A stretch of 60,574 nucleotides of DNA, the filler included, from Sphacelaria rigidula (taxonomy: Eukaryota): the NCBI GenBank assembly GCA_964200075.2. It is 9 parts of 9 records of this genome, joined end to end, with 100 filler letters (N's around TTAATTAATTAA, not from the genome) between each part and the next. Parts side by side here need not be neighbours in the genome. Positions count along the whole stretch, not along the records: positions 6,743 to 13,384 come from CAXNAA020018877.1; positions 13,485 to 20,126 come from CAXNAA020018878.1; positions 20,227 to 26,868 come from CAXNAA020018879.1; 6 more parts are not named here. One strand, written 5' to 3'. The notes under the pieces were generated by a model. It did not search any database. It was given only the letters and a program-made list of their open reading frames with translations, and was not told the DNA's origin. Shown here in pieces: positions 13,246 to 26,204 of this stretch; positions within the stretch are counted from its first letter, which is position 1, and each line of letters starts with the position of its first letter. A program made the translations under genes and the position numbers.

Positions 13246-14089
13246 AGAGATGCAGCGGGCACAACATCCCGTTCGCGTTAGTAACCAGGACCAAATTTTA
13301 TGTTTGTGCAGTGCTACGCTTGTTCGATCGAATGTACAGTACTGTTCGGGGAAGAAACGTAAGACTTCAGATGAAACAACACTCNNNNNNNNNNNNNNNN
13401 NNNNNNNNNNNNNNNNNNNNNNNNNNNNTTAATTAATTAANNNNNNNNNNNNNNNNNNNNNNNNNNNNNNNNNNNNNNNNNNNNCCAACATTCCGAGCGT
13501 TCTTTGAGAAATTAAGCAAAATTTGCGTATCGAACGATCAAATATGTTGGTGTCGTCGTGGTTGATCAAATGCCCCCCCCCCCCCGAGAGGAGCCGAATA
13601 CTGAGAGAGCATGCGTCAAATTTCGAAGAAGATTCAGGGTCGTCTTGTTGTCTGCAGAAAAAAAAAGCTTGAAAAAAAAAATGTTGTTGGAGTATGCCAC
13701 TGCGAACAATGTTCCCGAGAGATTGAGTGTTCAAGATACGATTGAGAGTGAGAACCGGTCAACTAATGAATGAAGCAGTTTCAGTTCGGAAATACCCCCC
13801 CCCCCCCACGAGGCCCGACACACTTTATGTAGTAGCTTGGCACTTTTGATATCCCTCGGTAGGATATAGACGTATATCTGTAAGCACACGGCAGTGTTAC
13901 AGGCAAAGAAAAGCACACACACAAAAAATGAAGAACTGCTCAAGTAAAGTTAAAGCGAATACTAAAACTTACTCTCGAACCAACGCTGAACTCTCAATTT
14001 CACGCAAATATTGTTTACGGCGATTCCGCCGAGCGAGATATCCGGGCTGGCTGTGTCTTTCAGAGGCAAAAAAAAAAAAGAAGCGAGAG

Positions 14090-14186
14090 ACGAAACTAGC
14101 GTCCAAAAACAGCACGTTGATTGGTCGCCGGGCGGGTCTACCGTAGCGGCGACCAATCAACATGCTGCTTTTGGATGCTGTTTCGT
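14090..14186. repeat. Long imperfect hairpin (~40-bp arms); related hairpin at 47599-47699
   Basis: GAAACTAGCGTCCAAAAACAGCACGTTGATTGGTCGCCG ... CGGCGACCAATCAACATGCTGCTTTTGGATGCTGTTTC. Confidence 0.85.
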
Positions 14187-17100
14187 TATACGCTTATTAT
14201 TTTCGTCTCGGGAAGACACGGCCGAAGGGCACCACTCCGTGTGAGACAGATGCGAGTCGATCTCCGCTATGTAGGGCACGTTCTTTTCGGAAATGAATGC
14301 GTACGGATTTGAATGCTGTTCCGCATCGCCCACACGATACTGTGGGGGGGGGGGGGCACAGCTCGATCAAACTATGGGGAGGAGAGGCCGCACAATGTCG
14401 GCATGAAGCGGGGTCGTACAGTACTCTCGCCCCGTCCATGGGAGGGTGCGCGACAGCACATGGAGTAAAGGGCTTGGTGGTGTCTGAGGCGTGAGCAAAC
14501 TACGTATCGAGCCTGAACGCACAACCTTGTGAACGTTGTTTGGGCCTCGCACAACACTGTTACGTGGTGCTGTCCCGCACGGCACTGCTGCTATTATTCT
14601 GCTGTCGGCAACACGCTGCAGTGAGCTGTACTGTCCTGCACTACTGCTGCACGGCGTTCTGCTGCCGCTCTGCGCTTCTACTACTGACGTGCAGTACAGT
14701 CAGTACATATTCTGCACCGTTGTATTATCTGCGCTGACGGCTGCGCGCGCGTTTTCAAACAGTTGTATGGGGGTACCCCCCATTCGCAAAGGGGGTATCC
14801 ACCGAAGGATGAAACTGTAACTCCGGGCAGTTCGCACGCGTTCATTTGATGTAACTCACAAATTTGACTAGGGTACTGTTGGCCCAGACTCCAGTTGGGC
14901 AAGTTTATTTCGTGATCACTCTACTGTAGTGTCACGGTTTGAACACAGGAGTGACATTCACGCAGCTGGCGGGATGGATACAAACTGTTTAATCGTTTCG
15001 CGTCTCCACACTTTTCCACGGTGACGTGTGATGCGGACACTTTCATCGCCGTCGTCCACGCACTGCTAACGTGTTTTTTGTTCTTGGTAATGTGACGGTC
15101 GTTGCGCGACGATTTTTTGTATTCTGCCCGCCCGTGGCGTCTAGGCGTACGGTACGGTTGGCTCCGCTGTCACGTGGATTTCATGCGGATATTTGGAAAT
15201 TGTTGTTGATTTTGTCGTGCACTGCTTCGTGTTTTCGGCCCACCGTTGCATTTCGACTTCCGTTGTGTCAAATCACCAGACTTTCGCTCCTCAAGTCATC
15301 TGTGAAATAAATATTTATATATACGTCTATTTATGTATCCAAAACATCTATATCTAAATCTACTTTCTATTTCTATATCGGAAATGGAGTAACAACCAGT
15401 CAGTGGTTCTTCACGCATATAATCAATGTCTTCGATGAAAACGGAAAGGAAGTGACTCTGCCTCAGACCTATCGTGGAAAAAATTTCACACCCTCTAATA
15501 TTTTATGTGGTCAATAGTTGTAATATTGTAGAATATATTGTACTGCGTAAAGTTAGGCCTATTGGAACTATTGACCAAAAATTGCCCGGGGTGTGAAAAA
15601 TTGCGGAGCCGCACTACCGCTACTACGCTGCTCTGCGATACGTTCCCTGAAATGTGCTCACATATCAAAATAGATGGGCAGAACGAGGGACAGCTGTCTT
15701 CATGAAGCAACTACAGAGACTTCCTTTTTTCTTACATATAATTGAAGACCAAACTAGGAAAGGAGATACGTACACTAAATATACAAGACTCGAACAAACT
15801 ACAGGGTATTCTTGGCAACAAACACATACTGATCGAGTCAAATTTCGTGGGAAAAATCTGTTGCATGTATGGAACTCCCTTTCCCCCCAGGAATTCTTGT
15901 TAATGAAGCTGCAGACGTAGGAACAGAGTGACGCTCATTTTTATTTCCTTGGAGATATGTACATTGTGCTGAAAATCTCGTTATAAACCACTGCTCGCCG
16001 CACTTCCACTGCATCGCTTTTTATGTCATCGGCAGGCTGGAGTTGTAGCAATGCTGTTCTTCATGAGTAGGGGCGGAAGGAAGCAGCGCAGGCCGTCCCC
16101 CTCATCCCGCACCGCCACATCGACCATCGATCCCCCGGAGGGGGAGGAAAAAGAAGGGCCACAGGGAGACGATGATGCTGATGGCGATGGAGGGGATAAG
16201 GAAGCGGAAGATGACCAAGATGTGAGGAAGGAGGTAGGGATGGGGAAGAAGAAACAGCCCGAGACCCAGGAGATGGAGGGCATGGTGAGGGGGTGTAGCA
16301 GTCGGATTGAACGAAAATTATGTTTCCCCTATCGCTCCCCCTTCTGTACCGGATACGGATGAAGTACGAGAGGAGTGGGATGACTGAAGGTTCAAATTAC
16401 AGTCTCATGAGAGCGGGGTTGGGGAAGTCACAGACTCTTTGGTGCAGGAAAATTCCCCTCCCCTCCCCCCCTGGATGGAAGCTAGTTCTACGTCTAACTT
16501 CCCATGAAAGCGTATGGCATCTTCGAAGCTTCTCCTTTCTTTATTTTCTCGGGTCACCCGTTAGCCAGCCTTCCGTCTAAGAGGACCCGGGGTCTCAAGG
16601 CTGACAAAACTAGTAAAGTAGTCCCCGGCTGCGTCTCTTATCCAGCGTTGTCATGCGGTGGATCGTTGCTCGTACGAGCTGGTTCAGGGTGGACGACCGG
16701 AATTTTTTTCCCAGCGATTGCTCACGTCATTTTCAGAGTTAGACCCTGAAATTATGCGTACGGGTGCTCTGAGATATGTAGAAAGGCTGTATGAATGAGG
16801 TTGTTCGTTTTTTCTTATTCGCCAGACAGTCGAGGTTACTAAGTTTCGATTCGTGGTGAGATTGGGTTCAAATTGAGTCGGTAATGAAAGTTCAGGACAA
16901 TCTGGAGGCCGCTGGACAGAAATATTTTCACCGATAGCGCCATGGCAAAGGACGCAAGAAAAATCTGGCCATGTCGCACTCTTCGCTCCCTCGTGGGGGT
17001 TACTATGATACCAAAGGTGCAGATCGCCATTTTGGCATATGCGGAGAGATTTCCTTTCATGACGTGTAACCTAGTGAACGGCTGTTACAGGGGTAGTTGC

Positions 17101-20100
17101 CGGGAGCCCCGAAATTCCCATATCTATACAGCCGGATCTGGGACCCCAAAGTAACAGGGATCTTTCCAGCGATCGGCTGGCCATCCCTGGGGATCACTTT
17201 TCCTTCGGGCTAATTCGCTTGCGCTCGTCGAGCTTTCCCGAGTGATCTACTTGCCTGACTACATTACACGAGGAAAATCATCGGCCAACGATTCCTACCC
17301 TCACCGGGAGTCTCACGACCTCCACACAAATATGTTTATATCGATCGGGTCAGTTTTGCCTTCTGTTTCTAGTGGTGCATACATTTCGGGCACTCACCCT
17401 GAACCAGCCCGTACTTGGTGTCAGTGTTGAAGTTGACGATTGTATCGACACTTGTTGTCCTCTTGGGAGAACACTCTGTTGTCCGTTTTCCCGCAGTTTT
17501 TTTGTCGCTTTGTTCGAAACTGATCAAGGAGTGCTGCCTGTGTCTCCCTTAGCTTTTCCGCTTTCGCATGCGGTGGACATGATGGGGCTGCTGTGAGGTG
17601 TATCACTCACCCACCTTCCCACGCCTGATGAGAGACACGAATCATCAGGGTTGCTAACGCTTCAACTTCCGTTGCCTGCAGTAATCTGTACTTTCGGGGG
17701 CCATGAATTTAGAATTGACTCTCCCGACTCTATGCCAGGGGCAGGAATCTTGAAAGAATTCGGACTGAAGTCATTATTCGTCCAATTTCATGTGTCCAGC
17801 GAAGCATCCTCGCAAAGCCATCGCAGAGCAGGTCTCTCTCTCCGTCGTGTACTGCAACCTAACGCAAATCTATCATCCTCCTTCCTCTTGAACAGGCCCC
17901 AATTTCGTCGGCGGATTGATCATCATCCACACGAAGACGACCCGTGCCGAGCCCATGCTCCAGAAGATGAAGCATGTGTACACACACACACACGCGCGCG
18001 CGCGTGGCCGCGTTTGTGCCCGGAATGATGTGACTGCCTTGCAACCGTACAGTAAATCGACGTTGACTTCGTTCAGGTTCTCGTTTGGTTCTCTGGGGAG
18101 TTCTCCAGCCCGCCTCATGTCTATTTCCCGCGCGAATAGCTCGTCGTGGTAATTTTACACCATTGCGCAGAAACACGCGTTGGGACGAGCCCTTCTCAAT
18201 TAATTCATGGAGTGTCCTTGGAGAGTTTGGTTTTCTTGGAGCAGTGATATCTCGATGCTTTGGCGAGGTTAGGGGCGGGGGTTGGAGGGGGGTGGAGGGG
18301 ATGAGGGATGACAAAACTCAGTGAGGATTCGGTGGAAAGAGCGCAACCATTTTGTCGGTTTTGTAACACTGCTGGTGATGCAAGTTTGTCTTGCGATTCT
18401 TCTTCATTCGTCAAGTACACTAGTTACCCCGTCGTTTTGCAACCATTTCGGTGGGTTTATCGCTGAGACCGAACAGAACAAGTCCCATGTGTGGTGGTCG
18501 TCGTTGTGTGTAGCTGTGTGTTTTTTGCTGTTGTGATGAAACCAGTCAGTTTGATGTGTTGCTTCTCGGCTGCTGTTGGTTTTCGAGTTGTCTGACCGTG
18601 GAGCTGTATATGATGGTACTGTATGATGGTAAAGCACGTGTACGGGAAATTCATTTTCACTCTTTTTCTCGCTTGAATTCACTGGTTGTGTAGGGTGGTC
18701 GTTCTGTCTCTTGTCTCGGTGTTTTGTTTCACCGTCGAGTGTAGTACTGTGATGAAAATTTGGAAGGAAAAAACACGCATCGAGTATTGGGAGCGTAAAC
18801 TCCATGGTCCTGCGACACAGAACGCGGAGGGGGTAATTTCCTTGTCCTGAATTGTCGTGCGGGCGTTGAACGGCTGTTCTACCCCCACGTTCAGGAAATC
18901 CCGCCGGCCGCCCGCTTTTCATCTTTCGACGATACGTGGTTCAGCAGAGTGGAAGGTCTGGCGTACGGCTGTAGCGGAACGCCTTTTGCCGTAGGAGCGT
19001 TCCACTTTTTTTTCAAAACAATTACTCGCCCCAGATTAATGGGGAAGAGGTGAGAACGTTGTTGCCCTCTATTCAAACGAAAATATCCTCTGGAGTGTCA
19101 AGATTTCTTTAGATATGTCCCCGTATGTCGCGGATTCATGAGGGCCCGTCTTGACCAGACCCGGAAAATCGCTTGAAAACAAGAACTCGACGACTTGCGC
19201 CCTCCTGTGACTGAGAGCCCTCCTGTGACAGAGAGCTGCTACACCCTGTGATGGGCTGTGATGGACTGGCACGTGGACATCTCCCCATCACAGGGGGAAA
19301 ATCGCCGCATGTGGTTTTTCCAAATGACTTTCCGGATCAGGTTCAAACGGTCCTCGACCACCTCAGAGCCAGAAATCACGGATGGACCTCATCTGAGAGA
19401 CATATTCCCTTGAACCATGTGAGGGTGCGCCCATGTCAGATGCATCCCGTGTAAATCACCACCGTTGAAAAACCTCGGAAATGGTTTGTCTGACCATTAA
19501 CCTGTTACATGGTGACGTGTAGCACCACCACTAACCAGTCAAATGGTACATAATGGTCTGGTCATCGAACGGCGCAGCCGCGAGTCGAAAAGCCCCCCTG
19601 GCAGAGGGGCCCCCGCTGGAGGCGCAGTGCCGGAGGTCCGTTCTTACGCGATTTTGGTCTAACTAGAGCTATAAAAAATACGTGAAATATGGGCCAATTT
19701 TCAAGATCTGTAGTACGTACGTAGCATATGTGTAGCCGGTAACTGCATATAAAGCCGGTGACGGTAATCAATGGTTTGAAACCATTATCCAATTTATTCA
19801 TTGAACCACCACCATTTTAACCATTATAATGATGATGGCCAGTTATAACTGGTACCATCTCTGGGCTCCAACCACTGTAAACAGGGGTTTTTACAAATTG
19901 GGGATGGATGTTGCATTGGGGATGAAAGCCCGGAGAGTTCAAATCTTCGTATCCACACCAAATCTTCGAAGTATGCTTCCGTTTTTTCGCTTGCTGGTAG
20001 CTATTGACTACTACTACAGACATTTTCTACGATAGCCCCCCCCAAAACCAGCGAAAAGCGTCACGAAAAAAATAGCCATGCAGCGCCTGATGTTCGGGTT

Positions 20101-20226
20101 CAGGCTGCATCAAGCGCCTCATATTGNNNNNNNNNNNNNNNNNNNNNNNNNNNNNNNNNNNNNNNNNNNNTTAATTAATTAANNNNNNNNNNNNNNNNNN
20201 NNNNNNNNNNNNNNNNNNNNNNNNNN

Positions 20227-20494
20227 GGGATGAGTCCGTGGTCTCAAGGGATCAACCCATCTCTCCCCCGGTACATGCGTTTCATTTTGGTCTCGCGTAT
20301 TGGAACAGTACTCCCGCATCGCGTCAACTCACGTCACACAAACCCCGTCGACTTCTTTTGTTTACTCACGTTCTCACGATTTCCACGGTGGAAATCGTAC
20401 CTAACGAAGAAAAAAGCCAACGCATCGGGAACCGAACCCCCGTTCTCTCCACCCTAATGGCGACAGTCGGACCATTACACCACCGGAGCGCGGC
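20227..20494 (-). mobile_element. tRNA-derived SINE, family A (3' end cut by contig start)
   Basis: Minus-strand head GCCGCGCTCCGGTGGTGTAATGGT...GGTTCGGTTCCCG; body aligns with the other family A copies. Confidence 0.8.
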
Positions 20495-20869
20495 AGCACG
20501 CATGTCGTGTTTTGTCGTAGTAACCCCATGCGATTGCAGAGGATCAAACTATCTTCCGGGATCCCCTGGTATTGTACAAAGAGTCAAAAAAAGAAAAAGA
20601 AACTGGCACAGACCTCTTCCACATCGCGCATGATCCACAAAAATCAGTCGTGAAGTCGTCGATTTAATTCATGCACGCTATTCTACACGTACCCAAGCAG
20701 GACGTGACTGTGCTGTCCACTACCGCCACCTTACGCCCACGAACAACCGAAACCAAACGAAAAATAATGCAAACCTCGTCTGGGAACATGCGCATGTCAC
20801 GGAGTGGGGGATGGCCTACTGTACTTACTGTGTGTACATATACACGAATCTACTATAGTGTTGTGATAA

Positions 20870-21153
20870 TTTCACCTCGTAGCCTTCCTCAGAACGAGTC
20901 CGTACTCGTAGTGTAAAGGAATCAACCCGCCTCTCGTCTTAGATCCGCCTTGCAATATCTTAAGCCCAGCACTGGACCAGCACTGCCACAGTTCGTCCAC
21001 TCCTACTGGCTACTTTTTTGTTCAAGCACGTCTTCACTCCGCTTTCCACCGCAGAAAACAGGAAAATCACACATCCCTGCGGGCGGGATTCGAACTCACC
21101 ACTCCACCGTGAGTGACCCCTGACGAGCGAGCTAGACCACCTGGCCGCGGACG
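20870..21153 (-). mobile_element. tRNA-derived SINE, family A-related (different head, similar 3' tail)
   Basis: Minus-strand A box TGGTCTAGCTCG and B box GAGTTCGAATCCC; 3' ACGGACTCGTTCTGAGGAAGG resembles the family A tail. Confidence 0.65.
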
Positions 21154-22771
21154 CTCATGAGTCGTGGAACGGTAGGGGTGCACTTTTTGGCCAAATCTTG
21201 CCTTGAGGTGTGAATTCTCGCGTTGTGAAACAAAAATAGTGACACGCTTTTTTTTTTCTACACGATTTGAGGTGTTTGCCGACGAGAGGGTTGCTTCACG
21301 TTAGAACGTAAATTCGTCCCAACTGCCCTATAGTAGTACGAGTGCGCGAGAGTGTGCATCTAACTCCACTACGTCGGCCCAGATTTTTGTTGTTGTTGTG
21401 CACCTCTACCAGAGCACGACTGTCATGCAGATACCGACGCCACAATATGCAGAACCGATCTAGGGACCCTTGCAGCACGGCAAAGACCGTCCCGACAGAT
21501 ACATGAGACGGATTAACCCGACAGGGTCCCGTCTTGTGTATGTGTATTGGGTCCCGTGACCCTCATCCCGTCTTTTGTTCACGTGTTTGGATCCCGGTGG
21601 CCCTCGACAACAGCTTGCATTCTCTTGTAGACCTTGACATCACGAGCAGGGGCCCGCCAGCTGCGCCCAATAAAGTCTGAAGCAACTTCTTGCCCGGATT
21701 CAAGCAAAAAAAAAGGGATCATCGCCATGTTTACCTTGTGGTACACGGACGACCCTAGCTGTCTTCATGAAGCCAAGTGGGGAGACACCCTCCTTCGATA
21801 GCCGCTTTACGTCCTACCTCAAGCGTTCTGGCGATTTTTTCGTACAAGTGGAGATAGAGATGCTATAGTACACCAAGTGAACGCCCACGTTGTGGCGTAT
21901 TGCATGCCAACATACATGACTCCGAATCATCAAGCGTAGCACACAGTAAAAACCACTATACTGCATATAGGCTGAGGACACGACAATATCCCTAACTACG
22001 GTACGTTTTTAGCTCTCTCCTTGTTTCCACGAAAGCTCGAATCACCAACAGATCAACGACAACGACATTCGCGAGCAAACTCTCAGGACATGAGCGCACT
22101 GCGCACGACTCAGGCACTCGAACCTTTTTTTTAGGTGAAATGTTCACATACAGCTTTGTTCTTCTCTTTACCGAACAAAAAAAAAGTAGAGGATGTTTCG
22201 ATTTGCCATTTTGCCATTTTTTTCCTTGTTGTAACACTCTAAACCCCTTCCCTTCCTCGGGCGAATCCGTGAAACACATGTATATGCATACTCATTGATG
22301 AGCACTGTTGCCATTGTTCCATGATTTTCGGTTGGTTTGGTCAATTGGTTGGTTGTTACCTTCATATTATTTCGTTCGTTTCTTGTTTCTCGGGAAAGCA
22401 ATAGAACGCAGGAATGGAAAGGTCACCTTGAAAATTCGCTTCGCTCGACTTACCCCTAGATTTGCATGCGCACGAACTGGCGTGGCCGTTTACATATAGA
22501 GTCAGCCATGGCAGATCGACTCGAGTTACACCCCCCGGAGTCTTCTCCGAGTTCGCAGCGATGACAGGTGGCGAGACCCCACAGGCCGAAGAGACCGGAA
22601 CGGAGCAAAACAAAAGTGGGAAGGAGGAGGGTCGGAGGGTCGGGAGTTTAAATAAGTGACGAACTGAATGACGTATATGCAATACCTCATCCTGTCGCTT
22701 TCATCAATCGTTTGAACGAATAGTACTGGTCACCGCCACTTCTCTTCGTTAGGGGGAAGGGGGGGGGGGGA

Positions 22772-23060
22772 CACTTTCGACCCTTTCCCTTCCTCGAGAC
22801 GAGTTAGTGCTCTCAACGGACCGACCCACCGCTCCCCCGGAGAGTCCTCATAATTTGGTACGGCGGATTGGATCGTGACCCATCAGCACTCTTCCATCGC
22901 GTCGACTCTCGTAAAATCAACTATTTTTGCTATTACACTCACATATTTCATATTATATCGTACTTTCGGAAGAATCCGAATGCATCAGCGGGAATCGTAT
23001 CTGAATGCATTTCCCCAACGTAATGGCGTAGTCACACCGCATGACAAAACCGAACGCGGC
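22772..23060 (-). mobile_element. Strongly diverged SINE family A copy
   Basis: CCCTTCCTCGAGACGAGT tail, CTCCCCCGG, GGATTGGATCGTGAC and terminal CGCGGC are collinear with the other copies. Confidence 0.6.
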
Positions 23061-23979
23061 GTCGAATAATATATCTACAATACCTCTTCTCCCACCCTTC
23101 CTTGTTGTAGAACAAGATGTCGAGAGTCATGGGAAGGCAAAGGGGTTGTCAAATATCGAAAAATGAGGATCTCACTCCCAAGAAATCGCGCACGCTATCC
23201 AAGTCGCTCGTCGTAGAAGTGGTAGATGACTATCTCGTCACTGCGACGAAAGAAGCTATTTTGCGCGCATTCTCGGATTGGTATCTTTGTCCAAAACACG
23301 GGGTGAGCGGTGGCGTCTCCGTCTGACACATTTCGACCCCTTCGGTTAGTTGCATGGCTCAGGGGGGTACACAGGAGTGGTGAGAGAAAATCCAGCGTCC
23401 CACAATCACCGTCTCACGGGGGAGGGGGGGTTGGTGGAGTTCAAAGCATGACGGTTATATGACAAAGCTCATGGTTTTACACACATGACTTCCTATTGAA
23501 GTTTAAAAAGCCAATGCCGGACACTTTGATTGCCCCACTACAGGGTAACAGGTACCGGTGATTCGAACACCCCCCCTCCCCCGCTACCGAACCTCATGGT
23601 GAGACACCTATTTGTATTTTCAATTTCCTTGACGGAAGGAGGAAACCCAACCCAACACTTACCCCACAAGCGAGTTTCGCAAGCGAGTTCGTGTGCCGAT
23701 TACCTGAAGGCTCGCCTAGACCACCTCGCGGCAGTCATGTGGGGAAGGCGCCCTCGAGCGGTTGCTCAAGGCAGTGTGGGGAATCACACCCATGAGGCAG
23801 TGTGGAATCCATGGCTGTCTCAGGAAGTGGCGATACCAGAAAATGAAGCAACTCATTGGAGGCTGTCATCCAAATGCAAAATATTCAGCACGATTCGGAC
23901 CGAACAATCTTAGCCGAATGCAGCTCACCCTTCATGCGACTTGCCGAGCACACCACGACGCTTCGCGCTTGGTGATTGC

Positions 23980-24084
23980 GAGCCGGGTCCGGCGAGAACC
24001 CGGCGTGCTCCGTCCCGGCTTTGTAGGGATGCGAGGTCAATGGTCATATGATCATGGTATGCATTATCATGAGTACACCCCCCC
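23980..24084 (+). repeat. ~105-bp interspersed module ending in poly-C
   Basis: GAGCCGGGTCCGGCGAGAACCCGGCGTGCTCCGTCCCGGCTTTGTAGGGATGCGAGGTCAATGG...CATGAGTACACCCCCCC; other copies at 24672-24733 (-), 31503-31609 (-) and 60510-60574 (-). Confidence 0.85.
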
Positions 24085-24671
24085 ACCCACCCTCCCTCCC
24101 CGCTACCGAACCCGTGACTACAACTGTGCATAGCGAGCTCAACCAAGAGAGACATGAGGGGCGACCTTCTGATCATGAGATGATGGGCCTACCGTGTGTC
24201 GTACCTCTGCCAAGGCTGCGTCGATTGTGCTCAGCACCTCTTCCCCGGACACCCCCATCTCCAAAAGAGGCACGATCGTTTCCACCGCCATGGCGTTTTC
24301 CCTGTTACGTGAATGTCATGTCATTGGCCATTTTTCACAAAATGTAGGGAGACAAATGGTTTGAACGGGATTGTTTTCATCTTTGGACCGCGGGTCTGAA
24401 GAAAAAAGATGATGCGATAGTGAACAAAAAAATAGTAGGGGGCGGCAAAATGAAGACGGCAGGCGAGGGGCGGTACGCAACGGGAGCGGACAGGTTGGAG
24501 AACGGATATATTTCGCGACTCTCGTGGCTATCCCTTACCCTGACAGAGTCAACATTGGCTTGATAGAAAGTGCATAGTAGCAACGCCGAGAAGGACGCAG
24601 TGACAACGGGAGCACAATCTCGTTCTAAGGGAGGATTGTATTCATGATGTTGCTCGGCGTTGTAATAAGGC

Positions 24672-24733
24672 CATTAACCTCGCATCTCTACAAAACCGGG
24701 ACGGAGCACGCCGGGATTTCGCCAGACCAGGCT
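24672..24733 (-). repeat. Partial copy (5' portion) of the poly-C-tailed module
   Basis: AGCCTGGTCTGGCGAAATCCCGGCGTGCTCCGTCCCGGTTTTGTAGAGATGCGAGG on the minus strand. Confidence 0.8.
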
Positions 24734-25032
24734 GTCCCGAGGAAGGGGAGGGGCTATTGAAAATATGACGGATTCGCGTGTATTCGACGTATATATATAT
24801 ATATATATGTGTGTGTTATGATTACACGTGAAATGAGTACACGCGAAATGATTCGTATACAAGACTACATGCACCATTTCTCAGATTGAGCTCTTCACTC
24901 ACCTCAGCGTTCGCTTGTATACGTTGCACGCGTTTCTGTGTTATTCGGGTTTGAATATATGTGCGAGGGAAAGAAGCATACACACATAAACACACACACA
25001 CACACACACAGGAAAGATGAGACAGAACACGG

Positions 25033-25142
25033 CGATGATGATGATGATGATGATAATAATGGTGATGATGGTGATGATGGTGATGACGATGATGATGATG
25101 ATGGCGATGAAGATGATGGCGATGACGACGATGATGATGATG
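25033..25142. repeat. (GAT)n imperfect microsatellite
   Basis: About 36 GAT/GGT/GAC triplets. Confidence 0.95.
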
Positions 25143-25972
25143 GAATAGGACGAACATAGTCAGAGAGGACGTTCCGAGTCGTCGCAAATATAGTGAACGT
25201 CCCGAGTCGTCGCAAATAAAGTATCGAGACCGTTCGCCCGCCGGCATGCACCCGCAGCACGCACACATATACACAGACAAACGCACAACGCACGGAACAG
25301 CCAGAACCGAGCAGACGGGCACAGGACAAAGAACCCAATGAGTGCTGGCACGGAAACGATGTACTGTTATCTTGCTCTTAAGTGGGAATCAGAGCCGTCG
25401 GTCATGTATGCACGTAGGACAGCTACAGTTTCCATACTCCGAGAACCCTGCACTGAGCAATCACCCATCCCCGCGTCTATATGGAGATACAGGTATTCAT
25501 CTTTTGTCACACAGTGGTTGCGTGCTAGCCGACAATCACTCCACCACCCTTCCCCCCCTCCCTCCTCCCTCTTCCCATCGTGGAGAACGACCTATAAAAA
25601 GGGGACCACCGCTTCGAGTGTCTACATAACCAAATACCCTCTTCACATAGGTGTGGAAGGCAGAAGCCCTCAGCTCGAGGTCACAAGGCCGTGGAATAGA
25701 AAACGACCTTAATCACGGCGAATGATCAGAAAGAAAAAAAATCGAGAACCCGCCACAGTTTAGCGGGACCGCAAACAAGGCGGGGAGCACAACACAATTT
25801 CAGCCCCGTACCATTGTATTCCCGAAGTTTTTTCTCCCGACACACTACGATACGGAGGTGAGAGCTTACATATGAGGGGTCACACCGTTAATTTTACTTT
25901 TCCCCGGAACTCTCCGAATTTGGGGGGACACAAAAAACTTTTCATCGAAAAATGTGAGAGCAGACTCCTTGA

Positions 25973-26204
25973 CCCTTTTGGAACTCGCGAAAAACAGCAC
26001 AAAATCTCATATGCGAGCTTCCGTCACCGGAAAAACGTCACTTCGAGTTCGGTGCACGAATCTGTCACATCAGTATACTTGAATTTAGAGTGGTGCACCG
26101 TTTTGATGGGCTGCATCATCAACAGTCGCAGAAAAACAGTCATATTTTGCCCACGAAAACGTCACTTGTAAATCGTCAATTTTGAATCACCGGTTCCAAA
26201 AGGG
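25973..26204. mobile_element. piggyBac-like MITE
   Basis: TIRs CCCTTTTGGAAC / GTTCCAAAAGGG flanked by TTGA and GTAA (degenerate TTAA); an internal ~65-bp core is shared with 37341-37410. Confidence 0.6.

Noticed and set aside
16051..16362. Acidic ORF / possible exon
   Set aside because: It is purine-rich low-complexity sequence with no domain or partner exon that I can support.
21421..21920. Solo LTR (TGTCATG...CATGACT, internal AATAAA)
   Set aside because: The terminal CA is absent, there is no convincing TSD, and there is no second copy to confirm it.
24822..25338. His-, Ser- or Asp-rich ORFs
   Set aside because: These are translation artefacts of (GAT)n and (CA)n microsatellites.
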